NCBI GenBank assembly: GCA_963796275.1
Contig: CAWCKY010000007.1
Location: 416,001-480,000 of the forward strand
Length of the DNA stretch: 64,000 bases
From: an uncultured Acidobacteriota bacterium
GTDB lineage: Bacteria; Acidobacteriota; Blastocatellia; RBC074
Direction of reading: 5' to 3'
How positions within the stretch are numbered: position 1 is the stretch's first letter; each line of letters opens with the position of its first letter. Positions 54,030-64,000 of this stretch are shown piece after piece. A program made the position numbers and the translations under genes. Below the pieces are notes generated by a model. That model saw only the letters and a list, made by a program, of their open reading frames with translations, ran no database searches and was not told the origin of the DNA.

Positions 54030-55010
54030 ATGGCGAGACTGACGATGAAATTTGCACTTGTATGTATTTCAATTTCTATTTTTATGATCCAGGGCGATTT
54101 GACGGCGCGAGCCTTCAAGCCCGAAACGGAAGACAAAGGCTATCGCGTGCTCGGAGCTGACAAAAAGCGCGTCGCGATTGTGAACGCCAAGGGTGAGATC
54201 GAATGGGAGATCCCTAACGAGGCGCGTGAAACGCACGACATTCAGATGCTCCCTGGCGGGAATGTTCTCTTTCAGACGAGCTATACGACCGTCGTCGAAG
54301 TCAACCGCGACAAACAGGTCGTCTGGCAGTACGAAGCTAAGCCGAAAGACGGCTACACGGGGCGCGTTGAAATCCACTCTTATCAGCGTCTGAAGAATGG
54401 GTTGACCATGGTAGCCGAGAGCGGCAATGCGCGCATCGTTGAAGTGGACAAAAAAGGCGCGATCGCCAATACGCTCGTTTTGACCATAGACAAACCCAAC
54501 GCGCACCGCGACACGCGGATGGTGCGCAAGCTCGACAACGGCCACTACCTGGTCTGCCACGAGGGCGACGGCAAGCTTCGCGAGTACGATTCCGCCGGCA
54601 AGGTAGTGTGGAGCTATGATATGGATTTGAATGGCCGGCCCGCTTCGCCCGGCCATGGCACTGAAGGCCACGGCACTGCGGTCTTCGGCGCGATACGGCG
54701 GTCGAACGGCAACACGCTGATTGCCGGCGGGAACAACAACCGCGTTATCGAAGTCACGCCTGCTGGAAAAATCGTCTGGAGCATCGATCAGAAAGAGCTT
54801 CCCGGCATCACGCTCGCCTGGGTGACGACGTTGCAGCTTTTACCGAACGGGAACCTGATCTTCGGCAACACGCACGCCGGTCCGGATAACCCGCAACTCA
54901 TCGAAGTTACACGCGATAAGAAGGTTGTGTGGACTTTCAAGGACTTTCAAAACTTCGGTAATAATCTGGTGGCGGCGCAGGTTCTCATTCAAGGAAAAGT
55001 GATTCGATAA
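54030..55010 (+). CDS. Secreted beta-propeller protein (PQQ-like/arylsulfotransferase-like repeats)
   Basis: Signal peptide; repeats of the form LxNGNxL...IEVxxxGKVVW. Confidence 0.8.
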   Translation: MARLTMKFALVCISISIFMIQGDLTARAFKPETEDKGYRVLGADKKRVAIVNAKGEIEWEIPNEARETHDIQMLPGGNVLFQTSYTTVVEVNRDKQVVWQYEAKPKDGYTGRVEIHSYQRLKNGLTMVAESGNARIVEVDKKGAIANTLVLTIDKPNAHRDTRMVRKLDNGHYLVCHEGDGKLREYDSAGKVVWSYDMDLNGRPASPGHGTEGHGTAVFGAIRRSNGNTLIAGGNNNRVIEVTPAGKIVWSIDQKELPGITLAWVTTLQLLPNGNLIFGNTHAGPDNPQLIEVTRDKKVVWTFKDFQNFGNNLVAAQVLIQGKVIR

Positions 55011-55027
55011 TTGATCGGGATAACCGT

Positions 55028-56731
55028 ATGTTTCGGGAGAAGTGTTGGATAAATTCGCCTTCCACCCGGTACGTCTATCGGGCGTCTTGCGTATTATCCC
55101 TGCTCATTATCAATTATGCTTGCCCCTACGTTTTCCCCACCTCGGCGTTCGCGCAAGAGCCTGCGGGTCCGACCGCTGCCTGGCATCGGAAGGAGGGAAT
55201 CCACTATCTTCAAAATCGCGAGGCTCAGAAAGCCCTCGAGCATTTCCGCGCTGCTGCGCAGTTGGACGCGCAGGACGCCGAATCACGATTCTATGCCGGC
55301 GCCATTCTCGTCGATTCAGGGAAATCGGAAGCTGCCATCTCCGAACTTCTGCAAGCTATCGCCTTAAATCCCGGGCTACATCTATCTCATTACTATCTAG
55401 CGCTCGCCTTGGAACGGACGGGGCGTCAAGGGGAGGCGATTGTCGAATATCAGGAGGCGCTTCGCCTGAAGCCCGATTTTCACGATGCCCGATACGCCTT
55501 GAGCGCCGTCTGCTGGAAGCAGGGCGATCTGGATGGCGCCATACTCTTGCTGCGCGAAATAACGGAGGCGAATCCGGGCTTCGCCGAAGGACACTTCAAT
55601 CTAGCGCTCGCGCTGAAGCAAAAAGGCAACCTGGACGAGGCTGTTAACGAGCTTCAAATTGCCCTCAAGCTGCAGCCTGATCAACCTAGAACCTATCTTG
55701 TGTTGGGCCAGACGCTGGCCGAGAAAAAAAAGATGACGGAAGCGGTACAGGCGCTGCAAAGGGCCGTTGAACTCGCCCCCGCCGATCCCGAGTACAGATA
55801 TAACCTGGGGATTGCGCTCAAACAGAAGGACGAACTGGACGCAGCAGAAACAGAGTTTCGTGATGCCCTCAAGCTCAATCCCAGGTACACGCCGGCTCGC
55901 CGGGCGCTCGGTCTTGTTCTGCGCCAGAAGGGCGATCTGCAAGCATCGATCGTGGAGCTGCGTGCGGCGGTCGCCGAACGTCCTGACGATGCAGAGGCGC
56001 GGCATAATCTGGGGACAGCGCTCTTCAAGATCGATGATCTGGGAGGAGCCATCAGCGAGTTGGGTCAGGCAGTACGGTTGGCCCCTCTCCTTTCCGAGGC
56101 CCGCATCAATCTGGCCCAGGCGCTGCGCAAAGCCGGAAATGTGGAACAGGCGCGCAAGGAGCTGGAGGCATCACAAAACATTCTCACTCGGAAAACGAAT
56201 GCCGGCAGGGCGCTGGTCCTCTCCGAATCGGCTGCTCAGCATTTGAAGAGCGGAGATTTGACAAAAGCCATCGAACGGCTCCGTGAAGCCACGACGCTCG
56301 ACCCGGAGCTGTTCGACGCGCAATGGTCTCTGTCGTCAGCTTTGCGGCGAGCTTCGGCAGATTCGGGCGAGATCAGCAAAGTGCTCGGGCGCGCGATAGA
56401 AATAAATCCCCGGCACGCGGGCGCCCATCACCAACTCGGACTCGAATATGAAAAACAGGGAAAGAAGTCAGAAGCAATCGCGGAGTACCGGATTGCGGTC
56501 GAACTTGCACCGAGCCTGATCGAAGCCAGGCGCGCGTTGGGGAAGGCGGCGATAGCTATCAAGGATTGGGAGTTGGCCGCCTCACAGTTGCGCGCCCTCA
56601 TTGCCTGGGCGCCCCGCGACGCTGATGCTCATTATCAATTGAGCGTGGCCCTTAAAGCCGCAGGCAGGGGCGCCGAAGCTGAACGCGAACTTCAGACAGC
56701 TAGAAAACTGAATCCATCACATAAGTATTGA
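55028..56731 (+). CDS. TPR-repeat protein
   Basis: Many TPRs (ALRLKPDFHDARYAL, NPGFAEGHFNLALAL, PADPEYRYNLGIAL). Confidence 0.92.
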   Translation: MFREKCWINSPSTRYVYRASCVLSLLIINYACPYVFPTSAFAQEPAGPTAAWHRKEGIHYLQNREAQKALEHFRAAAQLDAQDAESRFYAGAILVDSGKSEAAISELLQAIALNPGLHLSHYYLALALERTGRQGEAIVEYQEALRLKPDFHDARYALSAVCWKQGDLDGAILLLREITEANPGFAEGHFNLALALKQKGNLDEAVNELQIALKLQPDQPRTYLVLGQTLAEKKKMTEAVQALQRAVELAPADPEYRYNLGIALKQKDELDAAETEFRDALKLNPRYTPARRALGLVLRQKGDLQASIVELRAAVAERPDDAEARHNLGTALFKIDDLGGAISELGQAVRLAPLLSEARINLAQALRKAGNVEQARKELEASQNILTRKTNAGRALVLSESAAQHLKSGDLTKAIERLREATTLDPELFDAQWSLSSALRRASADSGEISKVLGRAIEINPRHAGAHHQLGLEYEKQGKKSEAIAEYRIAVELAPSLIEARRALGKAAIAIKDWELAASQLRALIAWAPRDADAHYQLSVALKAAGRGAEAERELQTARKLNPSHKY

Positions 56732-56940
56732 TTGATGGATTTGTTTGATACCGAGCGTTGCAGCGATACGCACGGAAAAGTTGAGCACCGGAACTCAAGC
56801 GTCGCTGACGCGACGCGGGATAATTTGCGTGTCTACCGTGGGTTGAAACCCACGGCTACAATCAGCCGCCGCTAACGCGGCGAAGAAAGGGTACATCGGT
56901 GCGTCGCAAGGTGAGGGAACTCGCCGACCGTGGTTTGAAA

Positions 56941-57105
56941 TCTACACAAATCTGAGATACTCGCAATTCAACTAAAATGCGGGAGGTTATACATAATGAT
57001 TGCCTCCTCTAAGCCCGGTAAAACCGGGCTTAGGAGCTGCCTATCATTCTGTGCCGTCTCTTGCCATCGAAGGATTTCAAAATCAGAGTTGTGTAGATAC
57101 CAATG
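56941..57105. mobile_element. MITE related to the adjacent IS4-family element (copy 1)
   Basis: Ends tctacacaaatctga ... tcagagttgtgtagataccaatg match the IS TIR; internal hairpin ctaagcccggtaaaaccgggcttag; no transposase. Confidence 0.75.
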
Positions 57106-57206
57106 TGGTTGAAACCCACGGCTACAATCAGCCGCCGCTAACGCGGCGAAGAAAGGGTACATCGGTGCGTCGCAAGGTGAGGGAACTCGCCGACCGTGGT
57201 TTGAAA

Positions 57207-57371
57207 TCTACACAAATCTGAGAATCTCGCAATTCAACTAAAATGCGGGAGGTTATACATAATGATTGCCTCCTCTAAGCCCGGTAAAACCGGGCTTAGG
57301 AGCTGCCTATCATTCTGTGCCGTCTCTTGCCATCGAAGGATTTCAAAATCAGAGTTGTGTAGATACCAATG
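57207..57371. mobile_element. MITE related to the adjacent IS4-family element (copy 2)
   Basis: Near-identical to copy 1, 266 bp downstream. Confidence 0.75.
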
Positions 57372-57649
57372 GGTTGAAACCCACGGCTACAATCATGCCG
57401 TCGCTACGCGACGAAGAAGTATTTTATGCAAAAATCTGACGGGTAATGACAAGGGCTCCCACCACGATGGGAATGCCATATGGATATGAATCGAATCTTG
57501 AAGTGATGCGAGAGTAGCAAATTGGTACCGATCGATCTCTCAACACCGTGGTTGAAATCTTATCAATTTATCAATACCCAAATTTGAACACGAATGCACA
57601 CCTTCTTCGTCGCGTAGCGACGGTGTGATTGTAGCCGTGGGTTTCAACC

Positions 57650-59044
57650 CACTGGTATCTACACAAGTTTTTGCGTTTGGTTGCAAAGAGTTATCGCAAT
57701 CAAACCTACCGAAGAATATGCTCTTTGAATGTTTCTCCTCAAACCTCCATTTGACCCCCGTTTGCAAAGACGGTATGAGAGGCTGGTGAATGAACATCTC
57801 CATACAAGCGAGAATCAAGCTGCTGGATCGCGTGCGCTGCCGAGCGTTAATGAAGCGTTTGCCAGCACGCAAGCGGCCTGGCGATTTTATGCCAACCCCA
57901 ATGTGAAGCTGACGGGGCTGGTCGAACCGTTGGTAGAACAAGCTCGGCGGGAGATGCCGCTTGTCTGTCGACGGTATGGACTGGCGATCCACGACTGGTC
58001 TGATCTGCGCTACGGAACGCACACGAGCAAGAAGGATCGGAAAAAAATCGGCAGCGACTTGGGCTACAAACTGGCGACCACGTTGCTGCTGAGCGACCAG
58101 AGCGGGGCGCCGATAGCGCCGATCAGCCTTGGGCTGTGGGCCAATGATGGATGGCACACAACGCTTGATGAAGAGAGGCACAGAGATTGGTCGCCCCTGG
58201 GATTGGTGAGCCAGACAATGCGGGCTTCGCAGAAGCAAAAACTGTCGTTGCCGCTGGTCCACATCATTGATCGGGAAGGCGACTCGATCTTTCACTATCG
58301 TCAATGGAATAGTGAAGGCCATCTGTTTGAAGTACGTGCCAACGGGGAACAGAGAGTTGTTTGGCAGGAGCGGACACAACCGTTGAGCCAGGTCGCAGCA
58401 CAGGTCGCCTTGCGCGCTAGCCAAGCGGTAGAGATTTCGGCCAATCTCATTGGGCAACTGTTTGTGGGCGAAACCAGCATCGTCATTGATCGTCCGGCCT
58501 TTCCCCGCGCGCGCGACGGGGGCAAGCGTCAATGGATCAAAGGTGAGCCGCTCGAACTGCGCTTGATTGTCTGTCAACTGCGCTTGCCCGATGAAACGAT
58601 TGCGGCTGAATGGTACTTGCTCAGTAACGTGCCGGCTGGCATCAGCGCTGAGCAACTGGCCGAATGGTACTACTGGCGCTGGAGAATTGAATCTTACTTC
58701 AAGTTGCTTAAAAGCCATGGTTTCCAAGTCGACCAGTGGCAGCAGGAAACTGCTGAGGCGATTGCCAAACGTTTGTTGGTGGTGGCCATGGCTTGTGTCG
58801 TAGTCTGGCACATCCAACGCGCAACGAATCCGCAGACGGTCACCCTGCGCAATCTCTTGGTGCGATTGAGCGGTCGACAAGTTCGGCGTGGGCAACCCAC
58901 TGCACCAGCATTGTTGGCTGGGTTTTGGAGTTTCTTGTCGACACTTGAATTGCTCGAACATTATGACCTCAATGACCTTAAACAGATGGCCCGGCTCATT
59001 GTGCCAGGCTATTCCTAACCGTCGGAAATGTGTAGATACCAGTG
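57650..59044 (+). mobile_element. IS4-family insertion sequence (1395 bp) inserted in the centre of a REP
   Basis: Perfect 16-bp TIRs CACTGGTATCTACACA; 10-bp target duplication GGTTTCAACC at 57640-57649 and 59045-59054. Confidence 0.92.
57729..59018 (+). CDS. IS4-family DDE transposase
   Basis: AAWRFYAN, IHDWS, HIIDREGD, WYYWRWRIESYFKLLK (YREK motif). Confidence 0.94.
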   Translation: MFLLKPPFDPRLQRRYERLVNEHLHTSENQAAGSRALPSVNEAFASTQAAWRFYANPNVKLTGLVEPLVEQARREMPLVCRRYGLAIHDWSDLRYGTHTSKKDRKKIGSDLGYKLATTLLLSDQSGAPIAPISLGLWANDGWHTTLDEERHRDWSPLGLVSQTMRASQKQKLSLPLVHIIDREGDSIFHYRQWNSEGHLFEVRANGEQRVVWQERTQPLSQVAAQVALRASQAVEISANLIGQLFVGETSIVIDRPAFPRARDGGKRQWIKGEPLELRLIVCQLRLPDETIAAEWYLLSNVPAGISAEQLAEWYYWRWRIESYFKLLKSHGFQVDQWQQETAEAIAKRLLVVAMACVVVWHIQRATNPQTVTLRNLLVRLSGRQVRRGQPTAPALLAGFWSFLSTLELLEHYDLNDLKQMARLIVPGYS

Positions 59045-59209
59045 GGTTTCAACCCACGGTAGGTAAGCAATTTTATTCCGCGTCGCGTCAGCGACGCCTG
59101 AATTTACTGCGACGGATAGACATTGGACGTAATGCACACCTTATTTTATTGAGACCTCAGAATCTCTAGCGGTATTCTCTTCAGCTGATGGCTATCAGAG
59201 CGTTGATCA

Positions 59210-60220
59210 TCACGTACTCGGGAACCTCACAGTGGCGCCTGCTTCAAACTTGACAACGGCCTGATCACCAGGTCGAAGTTCGTTTTCCTGCTTCCCGATA
59301 TCCTGCTCGATTTCGAGCATAGTCCCGTCAGCGAGGACGGCCCGATATCGTATCCGTGTTCCCATATCCGAAACCGAAATCAGGCTGACCGACAATTCTT
59401 CATCCTCCGGCGGCCGGCCATTGAGTGCGCGGAGACTGGCGCGCTCCGGGCGAACTGCGACGATTCTTCGATCGACGCCTGCTCCGGCTTCAAATATCTG
59501 CCAACCGAAAAAACGCGCCACATCGACAGTCGAGGGAGATGTGTAAAACTCGCGTGGCGCTCCGGCCTGCTCAATTTTTCCATCGAGCAATAACGCGATG
59601 CGGTCGGATACCATCGCTGCTTCAACCTGATCATGGGTGACAAAGATGGTAGTAATGCCGAGACGTTTTTGCAGTTGGCTCACCTGTAAACGCAATTCGG
59701 TACGCAGGTTTTCGTCAAGCGCCGAGAACGGCTCATCCAGCAGCAACACGCGCGGTTCGGTCACCAGCGCGCGAGCCAGCGCCACGCGCTGCTCCTGGCC
59801 GCCGGAGAGTTCGCTCGGACGGCGCGATTCATAACCTTCAAGCTGCAAAAGCCTCAACATTTCAGATACTCGTTCTCGGATCTTGTCTCTTCCCCGCATT
59901 TTCAATCCGAAAGCCACATTTTCCCCCACCGTCAGATAAGGAAAGAGCAAAGGCTTTTGAAAAACCATAACCGCGCCTCGACTCTCGGTCGGAATCCCCA
60001 GCACCGATTCTCCATTGAATCGCACCTCGCCTGCGACAGGTCGCAGTAGGCCGGCGATGATCTTCAGGACGGTTGTTTTACCGCAGCCGGATGGGCCCAG
60101 CAGCGCGACCAGCTCTCCTCCGGCGACGTCGAGTGTGAAATCGCGCAGCACGGGACGATCGCCGTATTTGGCGGTCAGACGGTCGAGCGTCAATACTGTG
60201 GCGTGCGATAAGTCGCTCAT
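59210..60220 (-). CDS. ABC transporter ATP-binding protein (PotA/YnjD-like)
   Basis: GPSGCGKT, LSGGQEQRVALAR, LLLDEPF, VTHDQ; ATGA overlap with the upstream gene. Confidence 0.94.
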   Translation of the reverse strand: MSDLSHATVLTLDRLTAKYGDRPVLRDFTLDVAGGELVALLGPSGCGKTTVLKIIAGLLRPVAGEVRFNGESVLGIPTESRGAVMVFQKPLLFPYLTVGENVAFGLKMRGRDKIRERVSEMLRLLQLEGYESRRPSELSGGQEQRVALARALVTEPRVLLLDEPFSALDENLRTELRLQVSQLQKRLGITTIFVTHDQVEAAMVSDRIALLLDGKIEQAGAPREFYTSPSTVDVARFFGWQIFEAGAGVDRRIVAVRPERASLRALNGRPPEDEELSVSLISVSDMGTRIRYRAVLADGTMLEIEQDIGKQENELRPGDQAVVKFEAGATVRFPST

Positions 60221-61455
60221 CTCCGCAGCACCCTCTCCGCCCAATCTTTCTCCAGCCTTTCCAGGTATCGTGTTTCGGCTTCTGGCAGCAAATGCTTCCG
60301 CAATTCGGTTTCCGAGAGAGTGGCGGGACCACGCGGTAAAGCTTCGGCCTCGGCTTTCAAACGAGCGTCCAATCGATCGAGACTGATGGGGAACTGAGTG
60401 CCGATCGCGCGACCCTGATCGATCTGGTGCTCCGGCGACATCAGGTGATTGATGACCACTAGCGCCCCCGCCAAATTGGCGGCATTGTACGGAATCGCCA
60501 GGAAGCTATAGTTGCCGATCGTCCCCTCATCGAAGACGAAGGTCCGCACCGTCGGTGGGTATTCCCCCCGCCTGATCTTCTCGGAAGCGAAGCTCGGTCC
60601 GTAGTTCATCGTAAAGTCGATCTCGTTGTTGACGAAGAGCCGGTCGGCCTCGCGCGGCGATGCGGGATAAGTTTCGCCTCGGCGCCAGAGGTAGGGCTTG
60701 AGTTCGTTGAGAAGCTCGATGGTCTGGGCAGCCGACTTCTGATAGAGCTGCTCGTCAAATCCTGCCTGAAAACCCGACGCGCCTCCTCCATAATGAAACA
60801 GTATATGGCGGATGAAGACCGAGCCGGTGAAATCCGGCGGCGCGAGATAGGTGAATCTGCCCGGATGAGCCTTGATCCAATCGCGCAGTGCGGGAATCGA
60901 CCTCGGCGGTTCGGGGACGCGGGCGGTGTCGTATGCCATTACGAATTGCGCTCGCTGCCACGGCGCTTCATATCCTTCAACCGGCGTTCCGAAATCGCGG
61001 GCGCGCGCCTGCTCGTCGTAGTATCCGGCGTTAGGCAAATAGTCGGCGAATGGCCCCCACAAAATACCGGCCTGTTTTGCGGTGCGGAAGTTCTCACCGT
61101 TGATCCAGATCATGTCGATCGATCCGCCGCCGCCTCTGCCCGCGCCTTTTTCGTTGATCAGTTTGTTGATGACTTCCGCCGTGTCGCTGTTTGGAATGAT
61201 GCGAAGCGTAATCTCGAATCTCTGTTTGAGAGCCTCCGCAACCGGTCCCTGAAAATAACGGTTGCGCTCCTCATCGCCGGCCCACATCCCGTAATTTACC
61301 GTCGTGCCGCCGGCGAGCGATACGATCTCGTCCCAGCGCAGAGATGAGAGTTGTGAAGGGCTGATCGATGGTGCCGTATCAGACACGGGACCGAGACAGC
61401 CGCCGGAGATAACAATCGAAAAAATAATCAGAAGTAATGGTATGAGTCGATTCAT
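60217..61455 (-). CDS. ynjB: ABC transporter substrate-binding lipoprotein, YnjB-like
   Basis: Lipobox SGGC; GSIDMIWINGENF, DFGTPVEGYEAPW, PGRFTYLAPPDFTGSVF. Confidence 0.85.
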   Translation of the reverse strand: MNRLIPLLLIIFSIVISGGCLGPVSDTAPSISPSQLSSLRWDEIVSLAGGTTVNYGMWAGDEERNRYFQGPVAEALKQRFEITLRIIPNSDTAEVINKLINEKGAGRGGGGSIDMIWINGENFRTAKQAGILWGPFADYLPNAGYYDEQARARDFGTPVEGYEAPWQRAQFVMAYDTARVPEPPRSIPALRDWIKAHPGRFTYLAPPDFTGSVFIRHILFHYGGGASGFQAGFDEQLYQKSAAQTIELLNELKPYLWRRGETYPASPREADRLFVNNEIDFTMNYGPSFASEKIRRGEYPPTVRTFVFDEGTIGNYSFLAIPYNAANLAGALVVINHLMSPEHQIDQGRAIGTQFPISLDRLDARLKAEAEALPRGPATLSETELRKHLLPEAETRYLERLEKDWAERVLRR

Positions 61456-61595
61456 TGGATAAGTGCGTGTTTAAAGTCTCTGCGAAAGCTCCTGGCCTGG
61501 TAAGTGTTAAATCAATCATCACGCCCTATATAAGGACGCGAGAGCCGTTCATATCGGGGCTTGGTGGTTATTGTGAACTCGACCAGGGGCTTCGC

Positions 61596-62420
61596 TTATA
61601 TTGTGCCTCTTGGGGGCTTCAGATCGTTCCTCGACATGAGTCTGGCGACCATCCCCAAAGCCGTCAGCCCGGAAACCAAAAAGACTATCGATAATGATGC
61701 GGTCACGGCTTCATCGCCGCTGCGCTGAAAAGCGACCAGTGACAACGGCAGCGTGATGATGCGCCCGCCGCCGATCAGCAATGTCGTCAGATACTGGCTC
61801 AACGAAATGAGAAATGCGAACGAAGCCGCGACCGCCAGCCCAGGCAGGATGGCAGGGATGGTCACATGGCGCCAGACCTTGAGCCGCGATGCCCCCAGCG
61901 TGCGCGCCTGCGACTCGAGGTCGGGATCGAGTCGAGAAAAACTGCCTGCCAGCATGAGCGTTGAATAAGGCACAGCCGGAACCAGATGGGCCAGCACGAC
62001 ACCGATTACCGTATCCGTCAGCCCATATCGTAAAAAAATTGCCTGCATTCCCATGGTGGCCGCGAGCGGCGGCGACAGAACCGGCAATAACAGCGCAAAC
62101 AGCATGATCCGCTTGCCCCTGAACTCGTAAAGCGCCAGCGCGCGGGCCGCCGGCAATGCCACCATCAATGCAAAAAGAGTGACGGAAATGGCGATGCCCA
62201 CGCTGAGCGACACTGCATTGAAGACCTCGGTTGAGGGCGAGAAGACGTAATCCCACGCGCGCAGACTCCACTCGCGGGGCAGCAATGCGGGCCAGAACCA
62301 GGCGCGGGCCAGCGACCAGAGGGCGAGCAACGCCAGGGGAATCACGGCCACTCCGATCACCGCCATAACCGCGCCGATTCGCAGAATGTGTTGAGGTTGT
62401 CTGCCGGCTGATTCGTGCAT
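61596..62420 (-). CDS. ABC transporter permease
   Basis: Hydrophobic; EAA-like loop LESQARTLGASRLKVWRHVTIP. Confidence 0.92.
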   Translation of the reverse strand: MHESAGRQPQHILRIGAVMAVIGVAVIPLALLALWSLARAWFWPALLPREWSLRAWDYVFSPSTEVFNAVSLSVGIAISVTLFALMVALPAARALALYEFRGKRIMLFALLLPVLSPPLAATMGMQAIFLRYGLTDTVIGVVLAHLVPAVPYSTLMLAGSFSRLDPDLESQARTLGASRLKVWRHVTIPAILPGLAVAASFAFLISLSQYLTTLLIGGGRIITLPLSLVAFQRSGDEAVTASLSIVFLVSGLTALGMVARLMSRNDLKPPRGTI

Positions 62421-62428
62421 TCGATAAC

Positions 62429-63310
62429 TCAGAAAATTAGGGGCTTTTCCGTTCCGGCCAGTCTTCGCGCCAGACGAAGATAGAGCCAGACGAAGAAGGC
62501 AGCGATGGCGGAAATCACGATCGCGACCGCAATCGCACCAGGACGTTCGGCTAAATTCACGTCAAGGTAGCGGCGCTGCGCCACTACCGAAAGCATCGCC
62601 GGATAGGGGCGCCCAAGCAAGTACGGCACTTCGAAGGCCCCGAAGACGAAGGCGAAGACGACCAGTGAGGCCGAAACAGCAGCTGGCGCGACCAATGGCA
62701 GAGTCACATAACGAAGCCGCTGCCAGACGGATGCTCCCAGAGTTCCGGCCAGGGCCTCATATTCATCACCCAGGCGCAGCAGCAGCGCCAGCGTCATGGT
62801 CGCGACGAAAGGAGTCTCCTTAAGTACGTAGGCAATTATGATCCCGGCGCCGTAGCGGTCGTTGATCAGCGCTGGGAAATCTGCGGGACCGTCGATCAGC
62901 CCCGCCGCATAGAATACACGCGCGATCAGACCGCTGGGCGCAATGATGTTGATCAGCGCTACGGCCATGACCAGATGCGGAACGGCCAAAGGAACCTGCA
63001 GCCAGAAATTGAGCGTCCGATGCCGACCCACCAGCCCGCGCAAGGCCAAAGCAATGGCCAGACCGGCCGCCGCGGAGATGATCGTGGCTGCCGTCGCTAT
63101 CATCAACGTCACTAACAGCGACATGCGAAACTCCATGTCAAACCAGAGTTGGAGATAATGCGCCAGCGTGAAACCGCCTTCCCCAATAGGCGCGTAGTAA
63201 CCGAGGCTTTGCGCAATCGCGATCACCAGCCCTCCGGCAAAGAGCAGGCCGATCACCAGCAATGCCGGCCCTAGCAGCAAAACGACGGTAAATTTTGAAG
63301 ATAATTTCAT
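62429..63310 (-). CDS. ABC transporter permease
   Basis: YEALAGTLGASVWQRLRYVTLP, FGAFEVPYLLG; start at MKLSSKF preferred. Confidence 0.92.
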   Translation of the reverse strand: MKLSSKFTVVLLLGPALLVIGLLFAGGLVIAIAQSLGYYAPIGEGGFTLAHYLQLWFDMEFRMSLLVTLMIATAATIISAAAGLAIALALRGLVGRHRTLNFWLQVPLAVPHLVMAVALINIIAPSGLIARVFYAAGLIDGPADFPALINDRYGAGIIIAYVLKETPFVATMTLALLLRLGDEYEALAGTLGASVWQRLRYVTLPLVAPAAVSASLVVFAFVFGAFEVPYLLGRPYPAMLSVVAQRRYLDVNLAERPGAIAVAIVISAIAAFFVWLYLRLARRLAGTEKPLIF

Positions 63311-63614
63311 GATCCCGTGAAGCCCAAATCGCCCACCGCCTGGTTGATCCCGATTCCTCGCCTGCCACACCCGATTGAACCTTTCTTCCTAACCACGTTC
63401 AAGCCATCTTAACCCCATACAAGACGCGATTCTTCCACTTGTGATTAATATTTTCGTTCATTGCTAAAACGCTTGACTTGCGTGCTCGAATGTACACAAT
63501 TCGAAACACCTAAAGCCAATCTTGTATGAAAAAAACAATCAATTGAATACAGCTGAATACAGCTTTTCCTGGTTGACCCGACAGATCGACCATAACTACA
63601 GAGAGGATGGCGTT

Positions 63615-64000
63615 ATGCACAGAACTATGATGGCAGCGCTTAGGAGGCTGGTCAGTTTAGTCATGCTGCTGGCATTCACCGGTTCCGTCGTTTGGGCGCA
63701 ATTTACCAGTGCTATTGAAGGGACGGTGACCGATCCTGCTGGAGCCGTCGTATCGAAAGCCAAAGTGACGATCAAGAATACCGGCACGGGGACCGAGCGA
63801 ATGATTGAGACATCGGATGCCGGATATTTCCGGATTTCATCGCTACCGGCGTCCTCGTTTACCGTTACGGTGAGCGCGCCCGGATTCAAAACCACCGTCC
63901 AGACCATAAGTCTCGAGGTTACCCAGATCAAGACATTGAATATCGATCTGCAAGTAGGCGGAGCGGCGGAAGAGGTACTGGTGACCGGGGAGGCGCCGCA
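63615..64000 (+). CDS. TonB-dependent receptor N-terminus (partial, runs off right edge)
   Basis: MHRTMMAALRRLVSLVMLLAFTGSVVWAQFTSAIEGTVTDPAGAVVSKAKVTIKNTGTG...VTVSAPGFK. Confidence 0.9.
   Translation, partial: MHRTMMAALRRLVSLVMLLAFTGSVVWAQFTSAIEGTVTDPAGAVVSKAKVTIKNTGTGTERMIETSDAGYFRISSLPASSFTVTVSAPGFKTTVQTISLEVTQIKTLNIDLQVGGAAEEVLVTGEAP

Larger units (their letters stand above)
56797..57649. repeat. REP/BIME-like cluster (CCGTGGGTTGAAACCCACGG and CGTCGCTNACGCGACG palindromes) containing a 266-bp tandem duplication
   Basis: Palindromes near 56799, 56836, 56866, 57107, 57372, 57398, 57607 and 57635; 56840-57105 is duplicated at 57106-57371. Confidence 0.85.

Noticed and set aside
56797-57650. 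CRISPR array suggested by recurring palindromic repeats
   Set aside because: The intervening sequences are duplicated rather than unique, spacing is irregular and no cas genes are present; REP + MITE explains it.
63311-63614. TPP or other riboswitch upstream of the YnjB-like ABC operon
   Set aside because: No recognisable conserved aptamer motifs on either strand.

Overview
The window looks like an Acidobacteria chromosome segment (inferred from five carboxypeptidase-regulatory-domain TonB-dependent receptors, CRTAC1/ASPIC-UnbV and TPR genes, and ADOP permease remnants). The flanks (1-8.3 kb and 37-64 kb) carry TBDR/carbohydrate-type loci, a REP cluster invaded by an IS4-family element and related MITEs, and a YnjB-like ABC transporter. 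The accessory middle (about 8.7-37 kb) holds decayed mobile-element and immunity-gene debris, a group II intron 3' remnant, and a small NRPS cluster. That cluster comprises an extended MbtH protein, a frameshifted HPPD/hydroxymandelate-synthase-like dioxygenase, a PLP aminotransferase, a 3-module NRPS built from near-identical 3.25-kb repeats (hand-read codes Leu, Phe, Hpg-like), and an Ldh_2 dehydrogenase. Two hypotheses stand out: (i) an arylglycine (Hpg) supply pathway lacking Hmo, possibly completed by the Ldh_2 enzyme; (ii) directly repeated dif/XerCD-like 28-bp sites at about 10.1, 29.0 and 31.4 kb that delimit the NRPS cluster and a nuclease module as cassettes. Several single-base frameshifts may be assembly errors. 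All calls come from reading motifs by eye; no searches were run.
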